Source: Myxococcota bacterium (GTDB lineage: Bacteria > Myxococcota_A > UBA796 > GCA-2862545). Taken from it: a stretch of 38,642 bases of DNA. Both the position numbers and the translations under genes were made by a program. Numbering within the stretch: the first letter of the stretch is position 1; every line of letters starts with the position of its first letter. Below the pieces are notes generated by a model. That model saw only the letters and a program-made list of their open reading frames with translations, did no database searches and was not told where the DNA came from. Shown in pieces: positions 1-9,563 of the stretch. Where the stretch lies: the NCBI GenBank assembly GCA_039208735.1, contig JBCCQY010000079.1, forward strand, positions 1 to 38,642, in the 5' to 3' direction.

Positions 1-540
1 CACGATGATGAACAAGACCTGATCTTCGTTGCGCTCTTGGGTGCGGAGGTTCTGCAGGCGCGCCTGCTGAGTCTCGGGATCCGCTGAAATCTGATCGATG
101 ATCGCGCGTGCACCCGCTCGAACGCCCCCATCGAAGTCTCCCTGACGGAACAAGGGGACGATGGAGCGCCGGATCGTATGGCTCGACCAGGCGTCGGTGA
201 GGATCCCTTCGAGGCCGTAGCCCACTTCGATGCGGACCTTACGCTCGGCTTTCGCCACGATGAGCAGCACGCCGTCGTCTTGCTCCGCGCGGCCAATGCC
301 CCATTCACGACCCATGCGGTAGCCGAACTCGTCGATGGGGTAGCCCTGAAGATCGGGCAGCGTCACGACCACGAATTGCGCGCCGGTCGACGACTCCAAG
401 TCGGCCAGGTCTTGGCCCAGCTCCCGCTCGGTGGCAGGACTCAGCAGATTGGCCTGATCGACGACCCGTCCAGTGAGGGCGGGAACGTTGGGCGCAGCCT
501 GCACGGTAAGAGCCAGTGAGGCCCAAGCAAAGGCGATCAT
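1..540 (-). CDS. TPM domain (YgcG-like) protein, 3' end runs off the window
   Basis: Not in the ORF track. Manual translation from ATG at 540: [34 protein letters not shown]...[36 protein letters not shown], a TPM signature. The start overlaps the lemA stop (TGATG); LemA+TPM is a common pair. Confidence 0.9.
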   Translation of the reverse strand, partial: [180 protein letters not shown]

Positions 541-1121
541 CAGTTGCCGCCGAAGTCGACCTTGGGTGCCTCATCTGCGCCCGGCTTGGCCGAGAAGTAG
601 GCGAAGGGCTCGCCACTGTGCACCGTGCTGGCCCAGATGACTTGGGGGAACGTTCGGCGCAGCGTATTCACCTGGGTTGCCGCCGTATTGTAGTCCCGAC
701 GCGCAATCGCAATGCGATTTTCGGTTCCTTCGAGCTGGCTTTGAAGGTTGAGAAAGTTCTCGCTGGAGCGCAGGTCCGGGTAGCGCTCACTCACGACGAG
801 CAAGCGGCCCAATGCTCCGCCGAGCTGCGACTGCGACGCTTCAAAGGCCTGGAACGCCGCCGGGTCGGTGATCGTTGAGGCATCGATCGACACCGAGCTT
901 GCCTTCGCGCGAGCCTCGGTCACCGCGGTGAGCACCTGCTCTTCCTGCTCGGCGAACCCTTTTACCGTCGCCACCAAGTTCGGCACGAGGTCTGCCCGAC
1001 GCTGGTACTGGTTCTCGACCTCGGCGAGCGCTGCCTTAGCCTGCTCTTCTGCAATGGGAATGTCGTTGTAGCCACAGCCCACCGCCGTCGCTGCCACCAA
1101 GAAAACTCCAAGACCACGCAT
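540..1121 (-). CDS. lemA: LemA family protein (lipoprotein-like N-terminus)
   Basis: Motifs GCGYN, VENQYQRRADLVPNLVATVKG, ERYPDLRSSENFLNLQSQLEGTENRIAIARRDYN. Start moved to ATG 1121 because GGGAGG lies just upstream. Confidence 0.95.
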   Translation of the reverse strand: MRGLGVFLVAATAVGCGYNDIPIAEEQAKAALAEVENQYQRRADLVPNLVATVKGFAEQEEQVLTAVTEARAKASSVSIDASTITDPAAFQAFEASQSQLGGALGRLLVVSERYPDLRSSENFLNLQSQLEGTENRIAIARRDYNTAATQVNTLRRTFPQVIWASTVHSGEPFAYFSAKPGADEAPKVDFGGN

Positions 1122-1194
1122 CCGTACCTCCCGCGCATGCTGCATACCGAGCCGTACGGCTGCGCGCACGATACCGCGCCCCAGTGGAGGATGG

Positions 1195-1530
1195 GTGGAC
1201 AGCTACTACAAGCCCGAGCATCTCCCGCAGTTCGGGAACATCGCAGAGGGAAACCCCGAACTCGCGAAGAAGTTCTTCGATTGGTACGGCAGTGTGTTCG
1301 AAGAGGGAGCACTGACCGGACGTGAGAAAGCCCTCATCGCACTGGCCGTTTCTCACGCGGTGCAGTGTCCTTACTGCATCGATGCCTACACGGCGGAGTC
1401 CCTAAAGAAGGGGTCGGACCTCGAAGAGATGACCGAGGCGATTCATGTCGCCGCGGCCATTCGCGGCGGTGCAAGCCTGGTGCACGGTGTACAGATGCTC
1501 GAACACGCGAAGAAGCAGGGGATGGGATGA
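1195..1530 (+). CDS. AhpD/carboxymuconolactone decarboxylase-family protein (ArsS-associated peroxidase-like type)
   Basis: GALTGREKALIALAVSHAVQCPYCIDAY with CxxC; GGAGG at 1186-1190; ATGA overlap with the radical SAM gene. Confidence 0.9.
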   Translation: MDSYYKPEHLPQFGNIAEGNPELAKKFFDWYGSVFEEGALTGREKALIALAVSHAVQCPYCIDAYTAESLKKGSDLEEMTEAIHVAAAIRGGASLVHGVQMLEHAKKQGMG

Positions 1531-2609
1531 ACCTCGACAGCCCAAAGTCGACCACCTCGCTTCGGCAGCGAGGGTCTCCCTTGGTCGCGCCCCTCGCTCA
1601 GTTGGCCCGGCTGGAAGCCGCAGCCGCAACCCTCCCCGAAGCGGCCCGAGCCCCCTTCGACGCCATGCTTGCGGGAGCGGGCTGGACCACGTTCACCCCC
1701 GCCGACGTCGAAATTTTCCAGATCAACATCGGTCGGTTGTGCAACATGACCTGCCGCCACTGCCATGTGGATGCAGGGCCTGACCGTGTACGGGAGAACA
1801 TGGACCGTGAGATGGTCGATGCCTGTCTTCGGGCCATCGACCTCACCAATGCGCACACCGTCGACATTACCGGGGGTGCTCCAGAGCTGAACCCCTACTT
1901 CACCGAACTTGTCGAAGCCTGCCTCGACCGTGGCAAACACGTCATCGACCGGTGTAACCTCACGATTCTGCTCGTTCCGAAATACCGGCATTTGCCCCAG
2001 TGGTTTGCCGAACGAGGGGTCGAGATCGTCGCCTCGCTGCCCCACCCCCGCAAACGCAACACCGATGCTCAACGAGGGGACGGGACCCACGAGCGTTCGA
2101 TGCGAGCCATGAAGGCGCTGAACGACGCCGGATACGGCAAAGGCGACCCCCAGCGCGTTCTCACCCTGATGCACAACCCCGCAGGCGCCTATCTTCCGGG
2201 TGCCCAGGCGACGCTCGAGGCCAGCTACCGGCGTGGGCTCGAACGTGAAGGCGTGACCTTCGACCGGCTCATCGCGCTCAACAACATGCCGGTGGCCCGA
2301 TTCCTCGAGTGGCTCGACGAAACGGGCAACCTCGAAGGCTACCTCAAGCAGTTGGTCGATGCGTTCAATCCCGCCGCAGTGTCCGGCTTGATGTGCCGCA
2401 ACACGTTGTCCGTGTCGTGGGACGGCACCCTGTACGACTGTGACTTCAACCAAATGCTGGACCTGCCCATCACCGATGCCGATGGCCAACCGGTCAACAT
2501 TCGGAACTTCGATCCCGCAGCGATTGCAAACCGGACCATCGTGACCCGACGGCACTGCTTCGGATGCACGGCGGGAGCGGGCTCTTCTTGCGGCGGCGCC
2601 ACCGCCTGA
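1527..2609 (+). CDS. arsS: Radical SAM / Cys-rich (DUF3641) protein, ArsS-like
   Basis: CNMTCRHC (CxxxCxxC), DITGGAPELNP, LMCRNTLSVSWDGTLYDCDFNQML, C-terminal HCFGCTAGAGSSCGG. Start at ATG 1527 overlaps the upstream stop. Confidence 0.88.
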   Translation: MNLDSPKSTTSLRQRGSPLVAPLAQLARLEAAAATLPEAARAPFDAMLAGAGWTTFTPADVEIFQINIGRLCNMTCRHCHVDAGPDRVRENMDREMVDACLRAIDLTNAHTVDITGGAPELNPYFTELVEACLDRGKHVIDRCNLTILLVPKYRHLPQWFAERGVEIVASLPHPRKRNTDAQRGDGTHERSMRAMKALNDAGYGKGDPQRVLTLMHNPAGAYLPGAQATLEASYRRGLEREGVTFDRLIALNNMPVARFLEWLDETGNLEGYLKQLVDAFNPAAVSGLMCRNTLSVSWDGTLYDCDFNQMLDLPITDADGQPVNIRNFDPAAIANRTIVTRRHCFGCTAGAGSSCGGATA

Positions 2610-2642
2610 CAGACGGCGTGGGCAAGCGTTAGATGTCCGCGC

Positions 2643-3479
2643 ATGCCCAACGCGATCGATCACGTGGCCCGCTTCGTTTTGATGAGGCAGGGCTACCGTT
2701 CCGAGCAGGTCGACACAGGAAGTGCGGTGATGCGCGCCCTGGTCCACGACGGCGAAGGTGACCTGCCCCCCCTCACCGTGCTGCACGGATGGTCCTCCAT
2801 GGGGGTGCACCAAGGCATCGTGGTGCGAGGCCTAAGGCGGCGTGTCCGACGGGTGGTGTTGCCCGATCTTCCCGGTCACGGCTGGTCGACCTGCCCCTCC
2901 CCCCTCAACGGGGAAGAGGTCACGAACGCCATCCATACTGCCTTTCCGCAATGGCACCCCGAACCCGCGGTGTGGATGGGCAGTTCCTTCGGCGGCTATG
3001 TGGCTCTTCGGTATGCCCTGATGTTCCCCGAACACGTGCGATCCCTCATCCTGGTGTCCCCAGCGGGCGCACCGATGACCGACGACGAGCGGCACGATTT
3101 CATCACGCTGCTTCGAGCCCGAACCGAGGCGGATGTGCGGCGGTTCCTCGACCGGGTGTCGGCACGCCCCAAGCGCCGAAACTGGCTGTTCGCCAAAGAG
3201 ATGCGCAAGGTGCTTCGACGCCGTCCCCTGCAAGACATGCTTGACCACCAAGAGAACTTCCACCCGTTCACCGAGGCCGAACTCGACCGGGTGCGCGTGC
3301 CCGTGACGCTCGTGTGGGGCCGCAAAGAGTCCTTGTGGCCTCGCCACCACCTGGCGTTTTGGCGCAAGTTGCCCAACGTCGAGGTGTACGAACTTGAACA
3401 CAGCGGCCACAGCCCTTCGATCGATCAGCCCTTCAAGTTTGGCGCGATCGTCGAAGAGCACCTCAAGCGCGTGACCTGA
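2643..3479 (+). CDS. Alpha/beta fold hydrolase
   Basis: VLHGW, PDLPGHG, nucleophile elbow GSSFGG, C-terminal SGH. Confidence 0.85.
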   Translation: MPNAIDHVARFVLMRQGYRSEQVDTGSAVMRALVHDGEGDLPPLTVLHGWSSMGVHQGIVVRGLRRRVRRVVLPDLPGHGWSTCPSPLNGEEVTNAIHTAFPQWHPEPAVWMGSSFGGYVALRYALMFPEHVRSLILVSPAGAPMTDDERHDFITLLRARTEADVRRFLDRVSARPKRRNWLFAKEMRKVLRRRPLQDMLDHQENFHPFTEAELDRVRVPVTLVWGRKESLWPRHHLAFWRKLPNVEVYELEHSGHSPSIDQPFKFGAIVEEHLKRVT

Positions 3480-4107
3480 CCGAAGCGCGCCGACGACGCA
3501 GGCCCAACGCCAGGGTGATGAGCCCGATGAATCCGGCTCCGGCGCCGGTGGTCATCGAGCAGCTACCGGAGGGAACGTTGGGCGGGCATGCATCCCCTTG
3601 ACCATCGCCATCCGCGTCGGCCTGGGCTGGATTGGCCACGCGGGGGCAGTTGTCACAGGCGTCACCAACCCCGTCGCCATCGTTATCGGCTTGGTCGGCA
3701 TCCGCGGTTGACGGACAGACGTCACACACGTCCCCGGCGCCATCGAGATCCGTGTCCGCTTGGTCAGCATTGGAGACAAAGAGACAATTGTCACAGACAT
3801 CGCCAAAGCGATCCGCGTCACTGTTGACCTGGTTGGGATCGGGGCTCGCGACGCAATCGTCGCATTCGTCTCCCACGCCGTCGAAATCTTGATCGGCCTG
3901 ATCGGGATTCACGACGTCAGGGCATACGTCACAGGCGTTTCCGACCAAGTCGGAGTCTTGGTCCTCCTGATCAGGATTGACGACCGTCGGGCACACGTCG
4001 CACGCATCGCCCACGCCATCGGAATCGGACTCTTCCTGCAGGGGATTGGGCTCGAAGGAGCAGTTGTCTGCATCATCTGCCCTCCGGTTTGCCACAAAGG
4101 CTACCAC
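3463..4107 (-). CDS. Thrombospondin type-3 repeat protein with MYXO-CTERM-like tail (possibly 5'-truncated)
   Basis: Repeated [22 protein letters not shown] units; C-terminus [28 protein letters not shown]. No signal peptide visible. Confidence 0.8.
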   Translation of the reverse strand: MVAFVANRRADDADNCSFEPNPLQEESDSDGVGDACDVCPTVVNPDQEDQDSDLVGNACDVCPDVVNPDQADQDFDGVGDECDDCVASPDPNQVNSDADRFGDVCDNCLFVSNADQADTDLDGAGDVCDVCPSTADADQADNDGDGVGDACDNCPRVANPAQADADGDGQGDACPPNVPSGSCSMTTGAGAGFIGLITLALGLRRRRASVRSRA

Positions 4108-4153
4108 CGGATTTGGTCACTGGCAGACCGATGCGTGAGGTACGCTGCCGCCT

Positions 4154-5335
4154 GTGTGTTGTGTCGGAGTGGTCGTGGTCCTGCATGCCCTGCTCACCAG
4201 CTGGCTTCCCCCAGCGCTGGCGAGCGAAGCGGAGGTGGTGCGACGACACCGGTTCCTTCCCGTCCCTGTCATCAAGGTCGAACCAGGTGCGGGATTCACG
4301 ACGGGCGTTCGCGGGCGCTACGTCTACCGGGAACCGGAAGACCGATTGAACCGGATCAACCTCGATGTGGTCTCGCGAGTGTCGGTTCGCCGCGTCCAAC
4401 AACACGACATCCGGCTGCGCATGCGCGACCTTTGGCATCGCGACGAAGTGGTGGATGTCAACTTCCGCTTCGACGATGACCCGGTGTTTACCTACGTGGG
4501 CATTGCCAATGAGGACCGGCTCGACAATGCCGCGATCGTCGACGAGACCTTCGAAGCCCATCGGTTCTCGATCAGTCCCGACGTGAACGTCCAGTTCGTC
4601 TTGGCCCGCAAGGCCCGGCCGGCCGAGATGGGTCCCACGGCTTTTCTGCGGGGATTCGTAGGATGGACGTGGAGCCTCGACCGGTTCACCGCCGAGCCCG
4701 GTACCCAATTCGCCCAAGACCAGCCCCAACCCACCGGCACGACCAAGCGCGGCACGTGGTACGGCGGCGTGGCGTGGGACAGCCGCGACAATGACTGGCA
4801 CCCTACCCGAGGCGGATTTCACGACGTCTCGGTCGCGGCGGGGGGGCCGTGGGCGCTTGGCGACACGTATTGGAGCCGTTTTAACGCCTCATTCCGACAT
4901 TATGCGCCCCTGGGGTCCAAACGGCTCGTATTGGCGCAACAGGTGCTCGCGGAATTCCAGGGCGGCAATGTGCCGTTGATTCCCCTTGGCGAATTCAGCG
5001 GACTGGTGTTTCGCGATGGCGTAGGGGGCGTCGACATCGGCCGTGGCTTCTTTCGTCGACGGTTCATCGGGCGCCGGAAGGCCGCCGGGAGCACCGAACT
5101 GCGGATTCAAGCGGGGCGCTTCAACCTCGGGCCATTCACCTTCGAGCCAGGCATTAAGCCCTTCATCGATGCCGCCTGGGTTCAGGACACCCCCGCACCG
5201 TTGCCCTCGGGCCTGCACCTCTCTGGTGGCGCCGGCATCTACGTGGTGTGGGATGACTTCGAAGTGATCCGGGCCGACCTTGCGGTGAGTCCTGAGGGCA
5301 TGGTTTTCCTACTCGCGGCTGACCACGCCTTCTGA
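4154..5335 (+). CDS. Omp85/BamA-TamA family outer-membrane beta-barrel protein (start uncertain)
   Basis: Signal-like N-terminus, amphipathic strands, WDSRDNDWHPTRG, RGFFRRRFIG (RGY/F-like loop motif), terminal Phe. Confidence 0.75.
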   Translation: MCCVGVVVVLHALLTSWLPPALASEAEVVRRHRFLPVPVIKVEPGAGFTTGVRGRYVYREPEDRLNRINLDVVSRVSVRRVQQHDIRLRMRDLWHRDEVVDVNFRFDDDPVFTYVGIANEDRLDNAAIVDETFEAHRFSISPDVNVQFVLARKARPAEMGPTAFLRGFVGWTWSLDRFTAEPGTQFAQDQPQPTGTTKRGTWYGGVAWDSRDNDWHPTRGGFHDVSVAAGGPWALGDTYWSRFNASFRHYAPLGSKRLVLAQQVLAEFQGGNVPLIPLGEFSGLVFRDGVGGVDIGRGFFRRRFIGRRKAAGSTELRIQAGRFNLGPFTFEPGIKPFIDAAWVQDTPAPLPSGLHLSGGAGIYVVWDDFEVIRADLAVSPEGMVFLLAADHAF

Positions 5336-5560
5336 TGCTTCCTGGCGGCTCAGGATCGTCGCCAGTTCTGCCTTCACACAGTCCTCACAGATGCAAACGA
5401 TGCCCTTCAAGGCATCGGGGACCCGCTCGATCAGCTGTTTGGGGACCTCGGTGCGCATGCACCAGCAGCTCGGCGCGCCGCTCGTGACCCCGCATTGGTT
5501 TGGCTTGCCACACAGCGGGCAGGAAGGCCCGACCGCTCTTTTCTTCTGGACCATCAACAT
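5309..5560 (-). CDS. Cysteine-rich CWC family small protein
   Basis: CPLCGKPNQC...CWC...CICEDC. Only the 3' part of the 186-aa track ORF looks coding; ATG at 5560 or 5554. Confidence 0.8.
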   Translation of the reverse strand: MLMVQKKRAVGPSCPLCGKPNQCGVTSGAPSCWCMRTEVPKQLIERVPDALKGIVCICEDCVKAELATILSRQEASEGVVSRE

Positions 5561-5652
5561 GTGCCTCGTTTGGCGTCGGGCCGTAACGATCCCGACGTTG
5601 GGCAGCACGCAGCGCCCAAGATACGGCCATCGCCTTGCGCAGGAGATGAGGG

Positions 5653-6621
5653 ATGAAGCTGGCCACCCGCGACGATGAAACCCGTGATGGGCAACTTCGG
5701 GTCGTGTCGCGCGATGGCACCCGGTGGGCGGCCGTGAGCGCGGTCGCCCCAACCCTCCAGGCCGCCTTGGACAACTGGGCGGACGTGGAGCCTGGCTTGC
5801 AAGCCGCGTTCGACGCCCTCGAGGCGGGTGGCGGGGAGCCCTTCGACCCCACCGCGGCCCGCTCGCCATTGCCCCGGGCCTACGAGTGGGTAGACGGTTC
5901 CGCCTACCTCAACCACGTTCGACTGGTCCGGCGTGCCCGAAACGCCGAGCCCCCACCCACGCTGGAAACCGACCCGCTCGTCTACCAGGGTGGAAGTGGT
6001 ATTTTCCTAAACCCCACCCAAGCCATCCCGTTGCCCGACGAAGCCTGGGGGCTGGATTTCGAAGCTGAAGTCTGTGTGATTCTGGGCGACGTGCCCCAAG
6101 GCACGACCGCCGAGCAGGCTCTCGACCATGTGCGGCTCCTCGTCATCTGCAACGACGTGACGTTGCGCAACCTCATCCCGGCCGAACTCAAGAAGGGGTT
6201 TGGATTCTTCAATGGTAAGCCTGCCACAGCGTTCTCGCCTATCGCGTTGACCCCCGACGAACTGGGGGAAGCATGGCGCGACGGACGGGTTCATTTGCCG
6301 CTTGTGACCCACCTCAACGGCGAACGCTTCGGTCATCCCGAAGCGGGGCCCGAAATGCACTTTTCGTTTGCCGATCTCATTGAGCACATCGCGAAGACCC
6401 GAGCCTTCACGGCCGGAACGATCCTCGGCTCGGGCACGGTGAGCAACGAAGGCCAGCAGCGCGGATCGAGCTGCCTATCCGAAGCCCGCATGGTCGAGAT
6501 CATCGAGCAGGGCGAGGCCAAGACGCCCTACCTGAAGCCCGGGGACCGGGTCCGCATCGAGATGATGGGCGCAGACGGCGTCAGCCTCTTTGGCGCGATC
6601 GACCAGGTCGTCGAGGGATGA
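5653..6621 (+). CDS. Fumarylacetoacetate hydrolase family protein
   Basis: RDGQLRVVSRD, SPLPRAYEWVDGSAYLNHV, LDFEAE, NDVTLRNL, GTILGSGTVSN; first gene of the tyrosine catabolism operon. Confidence 0.92.
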   Translation: MKLATRDDETRDGQLRVVSRDGTRWAAVSAVAPTLQAALDNWADVEPGLQAAFDALEAGGGEPFDPTAARSPLPRAYEWVDGSAYLNHVRLVRRARNAEPPPTLETDPLVYQGGSGIFLNPTQAIPLPDEAWGLDFEAEVCVILGDVPQGTTAEQALDHVRLLVICNDVTLRNLIPAELKKGFGFFNGKPATAFSPIALTPDELGEAWRDGRVHLPLVTHLNGERFGHPEAGPEMHFSFADLIEHIAKTRAFTAGTILGSGTVSNEGQQRGSSCLSEARMVEIIEQGEAKTPYLKPGDRVRIEMMGADGVSLFGAIDQVVEG

Positions 6622-7253
6622 GGCTGTACGGGTACTGGCGGTCGAGCGCGTCGTGGCGCGTTCGCATCGGACTCGCCCTGAAGGGCGTGGCCTACGACAA
6701 CGTGCCCGTCAACCTCCGGACTGGAGAGCAGAACGAAGCCGCCCACGAAGCGCGAAATCCTCTGCACAAGGTCCCGGTGCTCGAATGGACCGACGACGAC
6801 GGTACCCATCGCATGACCCAATCGATGGCCATCTTGATGTGGCTCGATGCGCAGGTGCCCACGCCCCCGCTGTTCCCCTCCGACCCATTGCTACGGGCCC
6901 GGGTCATCGAACTGGCCGAAGTCGTGAACACGGCCATGCAGCCACTACAGAACTCGAGCGTCCTCGCGGCGGTCGAGGACCTCGGCGGAGACCGCACGCC
7001 CTGGGCGCATCGTTGGGTCGAGGCCGGACTCCGTGCGCTCGATCAGCTGTCCGCGCCCTTACGAGGGCGGTACCTTTGCGGCGACGAAATCACCGTCGCC
7101 GATCTCTTCTTCGTTCCCCAGATGTACGGAGCCCGGCGTTTCGGCGTCGACCTCGCGCCGTTCGACGCACTGACCGCCATCGAGTCGCGGTTGGCAGCCC
7201 ACGAGGCTTTCGTCGCGGCCGATGCCTCGAACCAGCCCGACGCCGTCCCGTGA
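6618..7253 (+). CDS. maiA: Maleylacetoacetate isomerase (zeta GST)
   Basis: LYGYWRSSASWRVRIGLALKG, QSMAI, QPLQN; ATGA overlap with the upstream gene. Confidence 0.93.
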   Translation: MRLYGYWRSSASWRVRIGLALKGVAYDNVPVNLRTGEQNEAAHEARNPLHKVPVLEWTDDDGTHRMTQSMAILMWLDAQVPTPPLFPSDPLLRARVIELAEVVNTAMQPLQNSSVLAAVEDLGGDRTPWAHRWVEAGLRALDQLSAPLRGRYLCGDEITVADLFFVPQMYGARRFGVDLAPFDALTAIESRLAAHEAFVAADASNQPDAVP

Positions 7254-7263
7254 AGGAGTTGTC

Positions 7264-8409
7264 GTGGAGTCCTTGGGCATTCAGCGCGTAGAGGCGCTGA
7301 ACTACTACGTCAAGAACCTGGAGCGGTTCCGCCGGTTCTTTACGGATCGACTTGGATTCGCCGAGGTGGGCCGTTCGAGCAAAGCGATGGACGACCAAGG
7401 CGGCCAGATGAGTGCGGTCTTCCAGGCGGGCAACGTCACGATCGTGGCCTCGCAGCCGCTCACCGATACGTGCCGTGCGGCACGGTGGTTCCGCAAGCAC
7501 CCTGAGGGCGTCGGCACCATCAACTTCGCAGTGCACGACATCGATCGGGTCTGGAACACCCTGGCCAAGCGTGGTGCGACGTTCATCCAATCGAGCGTCC
7601 AGGCGTTCGAGGTCGACGGCGGAACGATCCGCATGTTCTCGATCACGACGCCGTTTGGCGACACCACGTTCCGGTTTACCGAGCGCAAGGGCACGGACCT
7701 GCTCTTCCCCGGCATGGAACGCTTCGAAACGCCGGCCGGAGGTCACAACCCCTACGGCTTTTCGCACATCGACCACATCACGTCGAACTTCCAAACCATG
7801 CAGCCCATGTTGCTGTGGATGGAGCACGTGATGGGATTCCGTCGGTATTGGGACGTGGAGTTCCACACCGCCGACATCGCCGAGCAGATCAACCATGGAT
7901 CGGGCCTCAAATCGGTGGTCATGTGGGATGACGACAGCAAAACCAAGTTTGCGAACAACGAGCCTGCGCCACCCAACTTCACGGCGAGCCAGATCAACTT
8001 GTTCGGCGACGACCATCGCGGCGACGGCGTTCAGCATGTGGCCTTGGTGGTCGAGGACATCCTTTCGACGGTGAAGAGCCTCCGCGCCCAGGGCGTCGAG
8101 TTCATGCCTACGCCAGGAAGCTACTACGATCTGCTCCCAGAGCGTCTCGTGAAGCTCGGGGTGAACCAGATCGACGAGAACATCGACGAACTCCGGGAAC
8201 TCGAGATCCTCGTCGACGGCGACCGTGACCACTCCTACCTGCTGCAAATCTTCCTCAAGGAGCAGGCGGGCTTGTTTGGCGACAAAGAGGCGGGTCCCTT
8301 CTTCATCGAGATCATCCAGCGCAAGGGCGATGAGGGCTTTGGGGCCGGCAACTTCCGGGCGCTCTTCGAGTCGATCGAGCGCGAGCAACAGGCGTCCGGG
8401 AGGCAGTGA
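7264..8409 (+). CDS. hppD: 4-hydroxyphenylpyruvate dioxygenase
   Basis: HIDHI, GVQHVAL, LLQIF, FFIEIIQRKGDEGFGAGNFRALFESIEREQ. GTG 7264 follows AAGGAG. Confidence 0.95.
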   Translation: MESLGIQRVEALNYYVKNLERFRRFFTDRLGFAEVGRSSKAMDDQGGQMSAVFQAGNVTIVASQPLTDTCRAARWFRKHPEGVGTINFAVHDIDRVWNTLAKRGATFIQSSVQAFEVDGGTIRMFSITTPFGDTTFRFTERKGTDLLFPGMERFETPAGGHNPYGFSHIDHITSNFQTMQPMLLWMEHVMGFRRYWDVEFHTADIAEQINHGSGLKSVVMWDDDSKTKFANNEPAPPNFTASQINLFGDDHRGDGVQHVALVVEDILSTVKSLRAQGVEFMPTPGSYYDLLPERLVKLGVNQIDENIDELRELEILVDGDRDHSYLLQIFLKEQAGLFGDKEAGPFFIEIIQRKGDEGFGAGNFRALFESIEREQQASGRQ

Positions 8410-9563
8410 TGCAGCGGTTGGCGTTCGGGAAATTCCCTGCCAAGCACCACATCGCGTTCCGCGACGCCGATGGCGTGCTGCAGTACGAGGAGTGCCTCAC
8501 GCGTGACGGGTTCGAAGGCGCCTACACCATCGCCTACCACCAACACCGTCCGCACGAGCAACTGCCCATCGAAGGCCCATTCGGGTGGGAAAAGCCGGTT
8601 GCGGTGCCGATGTCGCTGCGCAAACGGCACTTCAAGACCCCCGAATTGCCAACCGCGACGGGCTCCCCGCTTCAGACCACGACGCCCTTGCTCTTCAACC
8701 CCGACCTCACCGTGGGGATGGTGCGCCCCACCGCCTCGGATGAGGTGTACCGGGTGAATGTCGATGGCGACGACCTGTACTTCATCTTCTCGGGTTCTGG
8801 GACCCTGCGCACGCCGCTCGGTGACGTCCGATTCGAGACCGATGACTATGTCTACGTGCCCAAGGGCCTCCAGCATCGTTTCATCGTCGATGACGTTGAC
8901 CAGGACTGGCTCTGGATGGAGTGCCGAGGGGGCATGCACCTCCTTAAGCAGTGGCTCAACGACGCCGGTCAGCTCCGCATGGATGCCCCCTACTGCCACC
9001 GCGACTTCCGCCTGCCGGAGTTCACGGGTCCCCAGGACGAGGGAATTCGGCAGCAGGTCGTCAAGCGCGACGACGCGTTCTATGCGTTCGCCCTTCGCCA
9101 CACGCCGCTCGACGTCGTGGGGTGGGATGGCGCAGTCTACCCTTGGGCTTTCCCCATCTTGAACTTTCAGCCACGCGCCGGACTCGTGCACCTGCCACCG
9201 ACGTGGCACGGCACGTTTGGGACCCGTGGCGCGCTCATCTGCAGTTTTGTGCCGCGGGTCGTCGATTTCCACGAGCACGCCATTCCCTGCCCCTACCCCC
9301 ACAGCTCGGTCGACGTGGACGAGTTCCTCTTCTACGTGCGCGGCAATTTCACTTCGCGACGTGGCGTCGGGCCAGGCAGCGTGAGCCTTCACCCGAAGGG
9401 ACTGCCCCACGGGCCGCATCCGGGGGCCTATGAGGGGTCCATCGGGCATCGAAAGACCAACGAACTCGCCGTCATGATCGACGCGATCGCGCCGCTTCAG
9501 ATGACGGTTCAGGCCGCGGGAATCGAAGACCCCGGCTACATGGACTCCTTCATCGAGGAGTGA
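8406..9563 (+). CDS. hmgA: Homogentisate 1,2-dioxygenase
   Basis: NVDGDDLYF, PYCHRDFRLP, PLDVVGWDG, VHLPPTWH, PYPHSSVDVDE, SLHPKGLPHGPHPG, ELAVMID; start overlaps the hppD stop. Confidence 0.93.
   Translation: MMQRLAFGKFPAKHHIAFRDADGVLQYEECLTRDGFEGAYTIAYHQHRPHEQLPIEGPFGWEKPVAVPMSLRKRHFKTPELPTATGSPLQTTTPLLFNPDLTVGMVRPTASDEVYRVNVDGDDLYFIFSGSGTLRTPLGDVRFETDDYVYVPKGLQHRFIVDDVDQDWLWMECRGGMHLLKQWLNDAGQLRMDAPYCHRDFRLPEFTGPQDEGIRQQVVKRDDAFYAFALRHTPLDVVGWDGAVYPWAFPILNFQPRAGLVHLPPTWHGTFGTRGALICSFVPRVVDFHEHAIPCPYPHSSVDVDEFLFYVRGNFTSRRGVGPGSVSLHPKGLPHGPHPGAYEGSIGHRKTNELAVMIDAIAPLQMTVQAAGIEDPGYMDSFIEE

Noticed and set aside
1365..1526. Upstream extension of the radical SAM ORF
   Set aside because: Overlaps the AhpD-like gene in another frame; the ATGA-coupled start at 1527 fits better.
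2578..2640. Selenocysteine/SECIS at the ArsS-like C-terminus
   Set aside because: The relevant codon is TGC (Cys); the TGA at 2607-2609 comes after the normal family end.
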